From a virus (lineage: Duplodnaviria; Caudoviricetes), in the IMG/VR virus record IMGVR_UViG_3300025012_000917, positions 1 through 59,309 of that record: a stretch of DNA of 59,309 nt; one strand, written 5' to 3'. Both the position numbers and the translations under genes were made by a program. Positions within the stretch are counted from its first letter, which is position 1, and every line of letters starts with the position of its first letter. Positions 37,602 through 46,291 of this stretch are shown in pieces. A model generated the notes under the pieces. It searched no databases. It worked only from the letters and a program-made list of their open reading frames with translations, and had not been told where the DNA came from.

Positions 37602-39022
37602 GCGCAGATCTCCTCTCGCTGTAATTCCCCACCCAAACGATCAAGTGGCTGTTTCTTATTCAATACCGAAATATGTCGATCAAAATCTCTTTCCACGCGC
37701 CAGTATTCACGTGCATTGATGTACTGTTTTGTTTTTTCGAATATCCAGCTATGAAATTTCTTACCAAGATTCAAATGAATTAATACATTCACTACAATGT
37801 AATAAAGCCAAGGCCACCTAACAACTGCCGACCAATATTTATGAAGGCGCTCAATCTTTTCCTTATCTTTAATAGGTAAAGAAATCTCATCAAAGAACGT
37901 AGCATTTACCATGAATGAAAGATCCTCAACAGATTTAACAATACCTTTTTTTACGACATAATCAGCTATCACAGTTCCGGGATAAGCCTGAAGCATACTC
38001 GCCCAACTCAAAGTCGGCCTTTGATCTTTATTAAACCTAAGAGTCTCCAATGCGTCAGCAAGCGGATCATCCACAGGAAGCCCGAGCAGATTTTGCATTC
38101 TAAATTTGATGCCGTATCGGTGGAGCAGATCACAACCACGCTCGATGAGTTCGTTGGGTTCTTCACGGTCTAAAACTTCTCTTCTCGTTTTTTGATTTCC
38201 ACTTTCAATTGCGAATGACACGATGTGGATTCCAGACTCTTTGAGTAGCTTGATGCGATCTTCAGTGATGAGACGTGGACGTAACTGGGCAAAGAAAGGA
38301 ATTCTGATTCTCTGATAAAGTCTCGCAAATCGTTCCAGCCAAGCCATGTCGATTCCAAATATGTCGTCTTGGAAGCTGACGAGTTCACCACCATAATCCT
38401 TAAATGTTTTTTCGATATCTTCAACCATGTATTCAGGAGAATGATAACGGAGGCGCTTCTTACCGAGCTCCACCATCCGCTGCCATTCGGCATTTGAATT
38501 GTAGCAATAAGTACATTTATAAGGGCACCCTCGGCAGGATATAAAATTGCGGATAACATTGTTCTTAATGCCAGGAAAGTCATCGTTGTAAAGTATCGAA
38601 CGATCCGGTTTCGGAAGGTGGTCAAGTTCAGCCCCATATTTCCCCGTGGTAACAGCCTGAAGATCTTCGTGTTTCCTCCCCTCTACAACGTCAACAATTG
38701 CGACTTCTCCATCTCCCCGAATTATGAAGTCGGCTTCCTGCTGTCCTGATTTCGTAAAGAGAAAATGCGGTCCCCCAAAGATCGTAAGTACGTTCGGATA
38801 TCGAGATTTAATTTCTCGCGCCACCGATCCCCATCGCCCCTCGTCTCCTGTAAGGACTTGAAAAGCCACGTGCGTAGCTCCAAACTTTTCAATTTCTCCG
38901 ATAACCTTAGACTGCATACAAGCTTTGGTTTCATGCCCGAAAGTTTTAAGAGAGGCAGAAAGGTATTGGATTCCAAGCGGTTCATGACTGACTCCATCGT
39001 GGGTAACAAACAATATTCTCAT
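37598..39022 (-). CDS. B12-binding-domain radical SAM protein (class B methyltransferase-like)
   Basis: EPLGIQYLSA, GGPH, RGDGE, RGCPYKCTYC, FQDDIF, IESG. Confidence 0.92.
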   Translation of the reverse strand: MRILFVTHDGVSHEPLGIQYLSASLKTFGHETKACMQSKVIGEIEKFGATHVAFQVLTGDEGRWGSVAREIKSRYPNVLTIFGGPHFLFTKSGQQEADFIIRGDGEVAIVDVVEGRKHEDLQAVTTGKYGAELDHLPKPDRSILYNDDFPGIKNNVIRNFISCRGCPYKCTYCYNSNAEWQRMVELGKKRLRYHSPEYMVEDIEKTFKDYGGELVSFQDDIFGIDMAWLERFARLYQRIRIPFFAQLRPRLITEDRIKLLKESGIHIVSFAIESGNQKTRREVLDREEPNELIERGCDLLHRYGIKFRMQNLLGLPVDDPLADALETLRFNKDQRPTLSWASMLQAYPGTVIADYVVKKGIVKSVEDLSFMVNATFFDEISLPIKDKEKIERLHKYWSAVVRWPWLYYIVVNVLIHLNLGKKFHSWIFEKTKQYINAREYWRVERDFDRHISVLNKKQPLDRLGGELQREEICA

Positions 39023-39382
39023 TCATTTTTCTTTCAGTTGAACGGAAAGACTGACCATTTCGGTCTGCATTCCTTGAAGGGTTTTGACCATCTCTTTATG
39101 TTCTTCCCTTTGAAGTTTGTTCGCTTCTTTAATATCTAAAATATATGCATGCGTTTGAGCAAAATTATTAACCGTGGAAGTATTTAAATTACCAAAAGAT
39201 TCTGTCAAACTTTTGATATGATTTTCAATAATATTTGCCAGCCTATCTTCCCGTTTGCTGTTTTCTTTAAAGACATAAATCAACATTCTCCAAAAAGCAA
39301 ACGTGATGAAAATAGCAAGAACTGTCCCAAGCCCATAAGTCATAATCATGTTCATCGCAACTTTTGCTTCTTCCAAGAACAA
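39023..39382 (-). CDS. BhlA/UviB-like holin
   Basis: Single N-terminal TM followed by YVFKENSKREDRL coiled coil. Confidence 0.6.
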   Translation of the reverse strand: MFLEEAKVAMNMIMTYGLGTVLAIFITFAFWRMLIYVFKENSKREDRLANIIENHIKSLTESFGNLNTSTVNNFAQTHAYILDIKEANKLQREEHKEMVKTLQGMQTEMVSLSVQLKEK

Positions 39383-39383
39383 T

Positions 39384-40292
39384 TTAGACCTCTACTGGAA
39401 TTGGGCTCTGCCATTCCCTTAAAACTTCCATCGATTTTTTCAAGACATCTTCAACCGTAATCTTAGTGTTGCAATTCACTTCATGACGGCAGTTGGTATG
39501 GCATCTCACAATCTGACAATCCTGATAGCCCGTTTGTTCCGCAAACATATGAATCACACGCCCAGAAATCGGTCCAGACGTCACCGGATTCGTGGATCCT
39601 TGAATGACGATCGTTGGAACCTTCATGGCATCTGCCATATAACTCAACCCAGAATCAAGACCTATAAAAAGCGCGCACTTGGAAAGAAACGCTGCAAGCT
39701 CCAAAAACCCAAGTTTTCCGCGCAGATCAATAGATCCTCTTACTATCTTATCATTGCGACCGCCAACCTGCACGACCCCGTATCCCGATTTTCGAAACTC
39801 TTCAGTCAATTCATTAAACAAAGGCCAGTCTTTTGTCACAACCCCACTTGTCGAATGAACAGCGATTCTCGGAACATCGAAAGATATCTGGTTATTTGCA
39901 ACTTCAAAATCTTTCTGAGATGGAAACAAATAGCATTCCCGATCCTCAATTTTTCTATGCATTCCCATACGCATCCAATAAAAATCAAGAAGATGCTGAT
40001 GCCGCGTATCCTCATTTTGGTGCCACATGTTACATTCCCCGCGGACTTGATAGGGAGCATAAATTCTGTCATATCCCTCGTAAGTCATTTCTTGGAAGAT
40101 GACATCGTAATACCATTCTTCCGATTCGTGAATAGCATCTATATTAGGGTTGTTCCTCAATAGATCCGCATAAGGTTTGTTCACATAATAATGAATCTCA
40201 CTATCCGGAAATTCTTTTTTAAGTTCCCTGCAAATCGTTGCGCCCAAGATTACATCTCCCATGGTCTTAAGCATGACAAACATGATCTTCAT
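39384..40292 (-). CDS. glycosyltransferase family 9 (heptosyltransferase-like)
   Basis: TMGDVIL, KDWP, FIGLDSGLSYMADA. Confidence 0.9.
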   Translation of the reverse strand: MKIMFVMLKTMGDVILGATICRELKKEFPDSEIHYYVNKPYADLLRNNPNIDAIHESEEWYYDVIFQEMTYEGYDRIYAPYQVRGECNMWHQNEDTRHQHLLDFYWMRMGMHRKIEDRECYLFPSQKDFEVANNQISFDVPRIAVHSTSGVVTKDWPLFNELTEEFRKSGYGVVQVGGRNDKIVRGSIDLRGKLGFLELAAFLSKCALFIGLDSGLSYMADAMKVPTIVIQGSTNPVTSGPISGRVIHMFAEQTGYQDCQIVRCHTNCRHEVNCNTKITVEDVLKKSMEVLREWQSPIPVEV

Positions 40293-41449
40293 ACTAAAGC
40301 CTCCGTCGGTAATGTATCTTTGGGTTTCCGATCATACATACTAATAACCCCGCGAATGAATGATATCGCCATTTTTTGCCAAGTCTGCTGACTCGCCCAC
40401 TGCATGTTTTCCCGCGCGCGCGCCTGCGCTTCCGCGTAATTGTCACGGACATATTTCATGATGTCCCGAAGATCATCAATATCAACCTGACACCAACGGC
40501 TATTTAATGCTTGAGGGCATTTGAGGATATAGTTCGGATCGTCAATAATATGCAAAAATGACTTTGCGAGATAAGCATTATCTGATTTGAGATAATCTGT
40601 TTGAGCTCCCCAATCGCAAGCAATCACCGGAATCCCGGATGCCATCGCCTCAAGATATTGCATCCCCAATCCTTCCCCGCGCGAGCAAAGAACGAAACAA
40701 TCTACCGATCGATAAAGAGAAGCCATTCCATAATCCGATATTTTATCGCCCCAAAAAAGGATCCTCGGAGGATTCTTAGAATTAAAATTCATAGCAATAC
40801 GACGTAATCGCATCATACATTCACGGCGGTAAGACTTTGTAAAACCAGCATAATGACATTTAAAGATAAGCGTCACTTGATCCCGATCGCTAAATGCCGT
40901 AACGAACGCTTCGATCACAGATTCAAAATTCTTTCGTTCCGTAAAATCACCGGAGCAAAGGAACGTGAATCCCTTCTTATTTGAAATTTCAAGTTGCGGA
41001 CCATCTGGTGTGTATTTGAATGAATCGACAGCAATCGGAAGCGCTTCAATTTTCTCTTCTGGAATCCCGGATTCCACCCAGCTCTTTCGGTTGAATTCGC
41101 TAAACACAAATATCTTGTCCATTTTAAGAAGAGACTCCATCCATGGCTTAGGACATCTGTCTGTCTCAAAAAGCGTGTAGCAGATAGCCGGCGCATCCTT
41201 ATAAATAGGCTGCGCACGCGGGAGTTGATAGATAACATGCGGCGCTAATTTATTGACTCTTGTTTGTGTCATGCGAACAAGCCGAGATATTTTTTCCTGG
41301 GGGATAGCAACCCGTTCAGAATTCCACTCGTAAGCAGGCCGCAACTCAATTCCTACTCCCATTTGATCAAGCGCAAGAAGAAGCTCGCGGCTTAAATGCT
41401 CAAATCCGGATTGTCCCCACACAGGCGCATATACGATGAGTTCCATCAA
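40289..41449 (-). CDS. glycosyltransferase family 4
   Basis: ERKN, SRGEGLGMQYLEAMASG. Confidence 0.92.
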   Translation of the reverse strand: MMELIVYAPVWGQSGFEHLSRELLLALDQMGVGIELRPAYEWNSERVAIPQEKISRLVRMTQTRVNKLAPHVIYQLPRAQPIYKDAPAICYTLFETDRCPKPWMESLLKMDKIFVFSEFNRKSWVESGIPEEKIEALPIAVDSFKYTPDGPQLEISNKKGFTFLCSGDFTERKNFESVIEAFVTAFSDRDQVTLIFKCHYAGFTKSYRRECMMRLRRIAMNFNSKNPPRILFWGDKISDYGMASLYRSVDCFVLCSRGEGLGMQYLEAMASGIPVIACDWGAQTDYLKSDNAYLAKSFLHIIDDPNYILKCPQALNSRWCQVDIDDLRDIMKYVRDNYAEAQARARENMQWASQQTWQKMAISFIRGVISMYDRKPKDTLPTEALV

Positions 41450-41745
41450 TCCCTCCAGAAAGTATTCACAAAAGCCCAGCTCATTGCCGATCCCCCAAGA
41501 ATAGATGCCGCAATAAAATAAACCTCAACATTTTTAAACTGTAAGAACATAAGCGCAGCCGCAATCCAAAACCCGGTACAAAATGGACAATTGAAAGGCT
41601 TCCGATCAAACCATTTGAATTGCATTGAAAGGATCTTGAAGAAAAGAGCCCCACCAGAAGCTGCTAAATAAAAAAGGATAAGGCTCGTCACTTGCCACCG
41701 CAGCAATGGGCGCAGGGACGAATCATGAATTTGATCTGTACCCAT
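41446..41745 (-). CDS. small membrane protein with CPFC motif (DUF1360-like)
   Basis: FNCPFCTGFW flanked by TM helices; true start may be the downstream GTG. Confidence 0.6.
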   Translation of the reverse strand: MGTDQIHDSSLRPLLRWQVTSLILFYLAASGGALFFKILSMQFKWFDRKPFNCPFCTGFWIAAALMFLQFKNVEVYFIAASILGGSAMSWAFVNTFWRD

Positions 41746-41749
41746 ATTT

Positions 41750-42985
41750 TCATACGACCACCTCGAGATTTATCGGTTTTATAAAAGGCATTTCATGAGA
41801 CAAGAATAACATGTTCCATTCATCCACAATCCGACTCCAAGGATACTGCGTGGCAAATTCATAGCCTTTCTGAGCAACATCATCCCGATATTTTTTATCC
41901 TTAAATATTTTAATCATCGCAGCGGCTGATGCCATCACATCCGGAACCGGACGTTCAGTAAGATGAGATCCTGTCCATGTAAGCGTTCCAGCCGGCGGAA
42001 CTAAATGAGCCCGTCCATCAGCTCCAAGTTCCGCAGACGCTGAATGATTTAAAAGAATACATGGAAGTTTAGTTGCCATTGCTTCAAACGTCGGCATCCC
42101 GAATCCTTCTCCAGAAAGAAGAATGAACGCATCTGCAACCTGATAAAGTTTCGCGAGTTCCTCATTAGGAAGCATATGAAGCTCTGAGCTTGAATGCGCA
42201 ACTTGATCATAATACATAATGCTTTGGTTCTTTAATCCATTCACCAAAAGAAGCTCATCGATGTTCCATCCCATCACATCATTGAAATACATATGCGGCC
42301 AAAAAATAACTTTATCTTTAAATTCTGGAAGTTCAGAAAATATTTTCCAGGCCTGAATGAGTTGCGGGATATTCTTTCGTGATTGATTGCGAGACACGGT
42401 AAGGAACATAAATTTATCTTGAATCCCGAATTTCTGACGGAGAAGTCTTCGTTCTTTAGGATCTAAAGGTTTGAACATGTCTGTGTCGACGCCATGATAA
42501 ATCGTTCGAAGACGGCTTCTCGTCTCTTCATCCGATACGCTTTTTAAGACAGCATCCTTCGCATAATTGGTGTACGCAACCGGAATATCTATATCTTCAA
42601 TGGTCTTTACGATACCCGGAGGAAGGCCGCCGCATATCGGTTCGCCATCCACAGGAATATAACTACACCATTGAAATGATTTTCTAGTCCGACAAACATT
42701 CGGATCCGTAATGTACCAAAGCCACCAAAAATCACCGATTGTAAGAAGAATATCAGGTTGGAATTGTTCAACGACACGATCCAGAATATTGGATCCATAG
42801 AGGTTATCGTTTGTCCACCAGAAATGAATGTTATGCGGAAGATTCGGAGTAATATCTGCTCTGTGGTACCATCCGATATAGCCTATCTGGTGCCCACGCG
42901 CTGCCAACCCTATCGCAAGCTCTCGACCAAGACGTCCCATACCCGTAGGAATAAAAGGGGAATCGCTCATGCAAAGTATGCGCAT
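41750..42985 (-). CDS. glycosyltransferase family 4
   Basis: SDSPFIPTGMG, RNQSRKN, GEGFGMPTFEAMA. Confidence 0.92.
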   Translation of the reverse strand: MRILCMSDSPFIPTGMGRLGRELAIGLAARGHQIGYIGWYHRADITPNLPHNIHFWWTNDNLYGSNILDRVVEQFQPDILLTIGDFWWLWYITDPNVCRTRKSFQWCSYIPVDGEPICGGLPPGIVKTIEDIDIPVAYTNYAKDAVLKSVSDEETRSRLRTIYHGVDTDMFKPLDPKERRLLRQKFGIQDKFMFLTVSRNQSRKNIPQLIQAWKIFSELPEFKDKVIFWPHMYFNDVMGWNIDELLLVNGLKNQSIMYYDQVAHSSSELHMLPNEELAKLYQVADAFILLSGEGFGMPTFEAMATKLPCILLNHSASAELGADGRAHLVPPAGTLTWTGSHLTERPVPDVMASAAAMIKIFKDKKYRDDVAQKGYEFATQYPWSRIVDEWNMLFLSHEMPFIKPINLEVVV

Positions 42986-43095
42986 TATTTTTTCCTTTCA
43001 TGTTCATTTACATAATGGCAATCTTTACATAAAGTTATTCCATTATTATTAAAGCCGTTATGACCTTTAATAAATTGGCCTAATTCATTTCTCAT
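42985..43095 (-). pseudogene. internally deleted HNH endonuclease remnant (36 aa mini-ORF)
   Basis: MRNELGQFIKGH joined to NNGITLCKDCH; coupled to both neighbours. Confidence 0.65.
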
Positions 43096-43592
43096 ATATT
43101 CCCAGGAAGGCTTGTCTGTAAAAATATTCTTACGCATAGCATAGTAATATCAGCAATAATCAAAAAACTATTTTCACCCAAATCTTCTCTTATATAATCG
43201 ACATTCTGAATTTCTAATGGCTTATCTAAATACTGAGTATCATTAACTGCTAAGCGAGTCCCTCTAACAACTGAGAGGAAATCATTCACAAAATCAAGCA
43301 TTCCCTGTCCTTGCGTACGCGTAGCATCCCCAATGATAGAAAGTTCTCTTTGGTTATAGCGCATCACCAAATAGGCCTTCACAATATGCGTAGCTTGTTT
43401 TTCCTGAGAAGCAACCCATTCCTCTTCAGTGCTTATAGGAGTAAAAAATATGGAAGGTAAAAGAGTAAGAGAAATATTAGGGATTAAAATATCAGGATGG
43501 ATAATCTCAACATATTTTACATATGAGAGTGTCTGCCCGGATTGATTGTTATTTTGAATCAATGTTTTTAATCGGGTGACAGTCGTTTTCAT
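43092..43592 (-). CDS. tail terminator / head-tail joining protein
   Basis: Position after connector; size and beta-rich pattern. Confidence 0.6.
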   Translation of the reverse strand: MKTTVTRLKTLIQNNNQSGQTLSYVKYVEIIHPDILIPNISLTLLPSIFFTPISTEEEWVASQEKQATHIVKAYLVMRYNQRELSIIGDATRTQGQGMLDFVNDFLSVVRGTRLAVNDTQYLDKPLEIQNVDYIREDLGENSFLIIADITMLCVRIFLQTSLPGNI

Positions 43593-43600
43593 TGCGGAAC

Positions 43601-43629
43601 TTTATAACACAAAAGTTTTTTTAAATCAA
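43601..43629 (-). promoter_or_regulatory. sigma70-like promoter upstream of tail terminator and modification island
   Basis: TTGATT-17 nt-TATAAA with extended -10 TG; ATG 8 nt downstream with no SD. Confidence 0.6.
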
Positions 43630-43635
43630 CTTTGA

Positions 43636-44184
43636 TCAAGCGTCTCGTTCTTTTTCAATGTCATCAATAGTTCGAGTGTCCGTATTCCAATTAAATTCAC
43701 TATCTACATCAAAGATAGGAGCTTGTCCTTCAGCTCTGACTGCTTTCACTTCATCGCCATAAACTGCTGTAAATTCCGTAATCTGAATTTTGCGTTCCCG
43801 GATAAGCGCAAGGATTCCTGTCTCTTCATTGATATATTGATCGTAATAATCATTTTTCTTCTCAGAAGAGATTGGTCCCACGCGCGCAACGTTCGCGCGT
43901 AGTGTAAAGTAAGTCGCGAGATCAGATGCTATATCATCAAGCAAGACCGGAACATTAGCAGCTGCGGTGATAGGAATAGAGCTTGAGTAAACAACTTCAA
44001 GATATCCATTAATAAGTCTCGTTGCTCGTTCAAGTCCTCGAATAATCAGATTCCCAGGTATTTCCGTTTCATCCACATAATGCCCAGCCTGCGAAGTTAT
44101 GGCATAAGCATTCACTTCATTGCGAACGTCTCCAGAAGATCCATAAAGGATCTCGCTCGAATTATTGGGACTCGGAAACCCCAT
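43636..44184 (-). CDS. head-tail connector (Mu gp36 / DUF1320-like)
   Basis: LERATRLINGYL...VPVLLDDIASDLATY. Confidence 0.8.
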   Translation of the reverse strand: MGFPSPNNSSEILYGSSGDVRNEVNAYAITSQAGHYVDETEIPGNLIIRGLERATRLINGYLEVVYSSSIPITAAANVPVLLDDIASDLATYFTLRANVARVGPISSEKKNDYYDQYINEETGILALIRERKIQITEFTAVYGDEVKAVRAEGQAPIFDVDSEFNWNTDTRTIDDIEKERDA

Positions 44185-44524
44185 CGGTATTCTCCTTAAG
44201 AGGTTCTTGTTGCAGATCCTCTAACGGTTTCGTTTCTTCCGGAATTCTAGCCAACGCTTCTTTAGCCAGATCATTATCAAATTGCTTTTTGAAAAACTCA
44301 ATATCCGCATGCACACGATTATACGCCGGACCAAACGTACTCGGTACGTTAAGACCTGTATACACACAAAGCGCCACCAGTTTTGAGAATATAGCGTTCA
44401 CATCAAAAATAGGAACGACTTTATTTTGATCTTGATCATCTTGTCCGAATTGTATGGGGACGTAAAGCGCATCCGAAAGTTTGGTGAGAATATCGTCTAC
44501 TGTTTCCTTAGTCAATTTTTCCAT
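44162..44524 (-). CDS. hypothetical protein
   Basis: 120 aa, coupled. Confidence 0.6.
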   Translation of the reverse strand: MEKLTKETVDDILTKLSDALYVPIQFGQDDQDQNKVVPIFDVNAIFSKLVALCVYTGLNVPSTFGPAYNRVHADIEFFKKQFDNDLAKEALARIPEETKPLEDLQQEPLKENTDGVSESQ

Positions 44525-44780
44525 CCGTCACCAATCCTTTCGATTTCTTATTGATTAATTTTTCAGCCTGTTTCTCTCCGATGCCCATCATCTTAGAAAC
44601 AGCAACAGCATTATAGGCGGAAGAACTAGCCGGCATTTTAGCACTGATTTCTTTTGCGCGCTTTTCATTATCGTATTCTTGACGGTTTTCGCGGCTCACA
44701 AAAGCGCGTGCGGCTTGAGATTTGTTTCGGATGATTGCATATTTTTCTTGGGGTTTTTTAATGATTATTCCGAAGGCCAT
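44508..44780 (-). CDS. hypothetical basic protein
   Basis: Start moved to MAFGII after AAGGAG. Confidence 0.6.
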   Translation of the reverse strand: MAFGIIIKKPQEKYAIIRNKSQAARAFVSRENRQEYDNEKRAKEISAKMPASSSAYNAVAVSKMMGIGEKQAEKLINKKSKGLVTDGKID

Positions 44781-44803
44781 TTGTCTACTCCTTAAAAGGA
44801 TCA

Positions 44804-44839
44804 GGGGGCTCACCGGCTCTCGCGGGCCAGCTAACCCCC
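44804..44839 (-). terminator. stem-loop after major capsid gene (terminator/attenuator or stabiliser)
   Basis: GGGGGTTAGCTGGCCC-GCGA-GAGCCGGTGAGCCCCC, GNRA loop with G-U pairs on the transcribed strand. Confidence 0.5.
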
Positions 44840-44864
44840 ATCACCTTTATGCGCAACTCACTGT

Positions 44865-45794
44865 TTAGGACAAGACGTCCGTAATGAGGTTGGCCGCATT
44901 GGAAGTCACGAGTTCTTCGGCCTGAATAACCGAAACCTCAATGTACTCGCCTTTGCGGTGCTCGTCACGATACGATCTTACAATGTTGTCCTGAACTCGC
45001 ATGATGTAGCCCCAGGAAATGGCATCCAACGAAACAGCCATTTCACGGTAAAACACAGGAACCGAATCTCCCCAGATCTTGGCGATCGAGGAAGATGCAT
45101 TCAGTTTCGACGTGTCTTCCGTAGCGCCCGCGATAATAATCGCGAGGTTGAACATCACAGGAGGCAGTTCACCATTGATCAGAAGCCCTTTATTCTCTTG
45201 TCCGCCATTAACCACATAGCGAATAAGATCGCGGAGCGTACTGTCCCGCTTCACAACGTCTTTCACATTCTCCGCAAGAAGAATCGCATTCGGCTCAACG
45301 CCCGCATTATTGCGGATGCTGTCTTTCGCCGTATCGATATCTTTCTCAATCGTCGGAGATGTGCCATCCCATTTCGGGGAAGCCGCCACCGTGGCGACAA
45401 CGTTGCCAGAGTTCTGACAAACAGCTTGCACTCTCTTTTCCTGTCCTAATTCGATCCATTTTAACAATTTCGCAGTCGTATTAATGCGCGGACGGACAGG
45501 ACTGTCTGCGTTATTAATGATTCGATCTGCCAGAAGATGTCTTAATGCATACTCTTCTGCTGCATACGATGCTGTTGAAGGCATCCACTCAACTTCCTTC
45601 GCCCGTGCGCCTGCAGCGCGTAGGGAATCCACATCACGAAGTTCTTCGCGTGAGAAAGTGTAATAGACGTCCGATTCTTTCATGACCGTGACGACTGGAA
45701 ACATTTCCTCAGCAACAAAAGCTCGGTTGCGGAACTGGAGGGCGAAGTTAGTGAGCGGCACGTTTACGTGGACGTCACTTGGCTTTGATGGCAT
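44865..45794 (-). CDS. major capsid protein (HK97 fold)
   Basis: HVNVPLTNFALQFRN...FPVV N-terminus, GVEPNAILL; follows protease, scaffold and decoration genes. Confidence 0.9.
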   Translation of the reverse strand: MPSKPSDVHVNVPLTNFALQFRNRAFVAEEMFPVVTVMKESDVYYTFSREELRDVDSLRAAGARAKEVEWMPSTASYAAEEYALRHLLADRIINNADSPVRPRINTTAKLLKWIELGQEKRVQAVCQNSGNVVATVAASPKWDGTSPTIEKDIDTAKDSIRNNAGVEPNAILLAENVKDVVKRDSTLRDLIRYVVNGGQENKGLLINGELPPVMFNLAIIIAGATEDTSKLNASSSIAKIWGDSVPVFYREMAVSLDAISWGYIMRVQDNIVRSYRDEHRKGEYIEVSVIQAEELVTSNAANLITDVLS

Positions 45795-45797
45795 TGC

Positions 45798-46202
45798 TTA
45801 TGCCCTCCGAATCTGAAGGAAGCAAGTGATCTGATCCCCGGAAGTACCTGCCGGTTCTGCTGCGGCTCCCTCTTCTGGCACTCCCACAATTCCATCTCCT
45901 GTGACGCCGCCATTATTCGAAACGCGACCTACTGCGTCTGAAATAAGGAGCGGAACGCCCTTAGAAACGGCTGCGGAAATTTCGACAAGGGATTTTCCCA
46001 ATTGCCGAACTCTGACCGTATCACCTGACGCGCTCGTTGCATTTTGTACAACGCCTGCGATCTTCGGAGCCTTAGCGGCTCCATAAGTGACAAAGCCAGG
46101 AGTGGTCGAATAGGTTACAACGCGATATTTCGCGATGGCCTGATCAGCCCGGAAAGTATCCTCCATGATCGGCATGTCACCACGAATACCTGTGTTTGCC
46201 AT
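45798..46202 (-). CDS. capsid decoration/cement protein (DUF2190-like)
   Basis: AIAKYRVV...IAGV...GDTVRV...G..L.SDAVGR; 3 [ST]GD. Confidence 0.8.
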   Translation of the reverse strand: MANTGIRGDMPIMEDTFRADQAIAKYRVVTYSTTPGFVTYGAAKAPKIAGVVQNATSASGDTVRVRQLGKSLVEISAAVSKGVPLLISDAVGRVSNNGGVTGDGIVGVPEEGAAAEPAGTSGDQITCFLQIRRA

Positions 46203-46291
46203 TGGAGTGATCTCCTGCTTCTTTTAAAGGTTATGAATTCAATTATCGGAATGAATATCCCCTTGCGAGGATGAAGGCTCCCGACTTGACC

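Noticed and set aside
26293-42985. Island as a DNA hypermodification cluster
   Set aside because: No hydroxymethylase, deazaguanine, PurZ or nucleotide kinase genes are seen, and it lies among structural rather than replication genes. Not fully excluded, since one DNA methylase is embedded.
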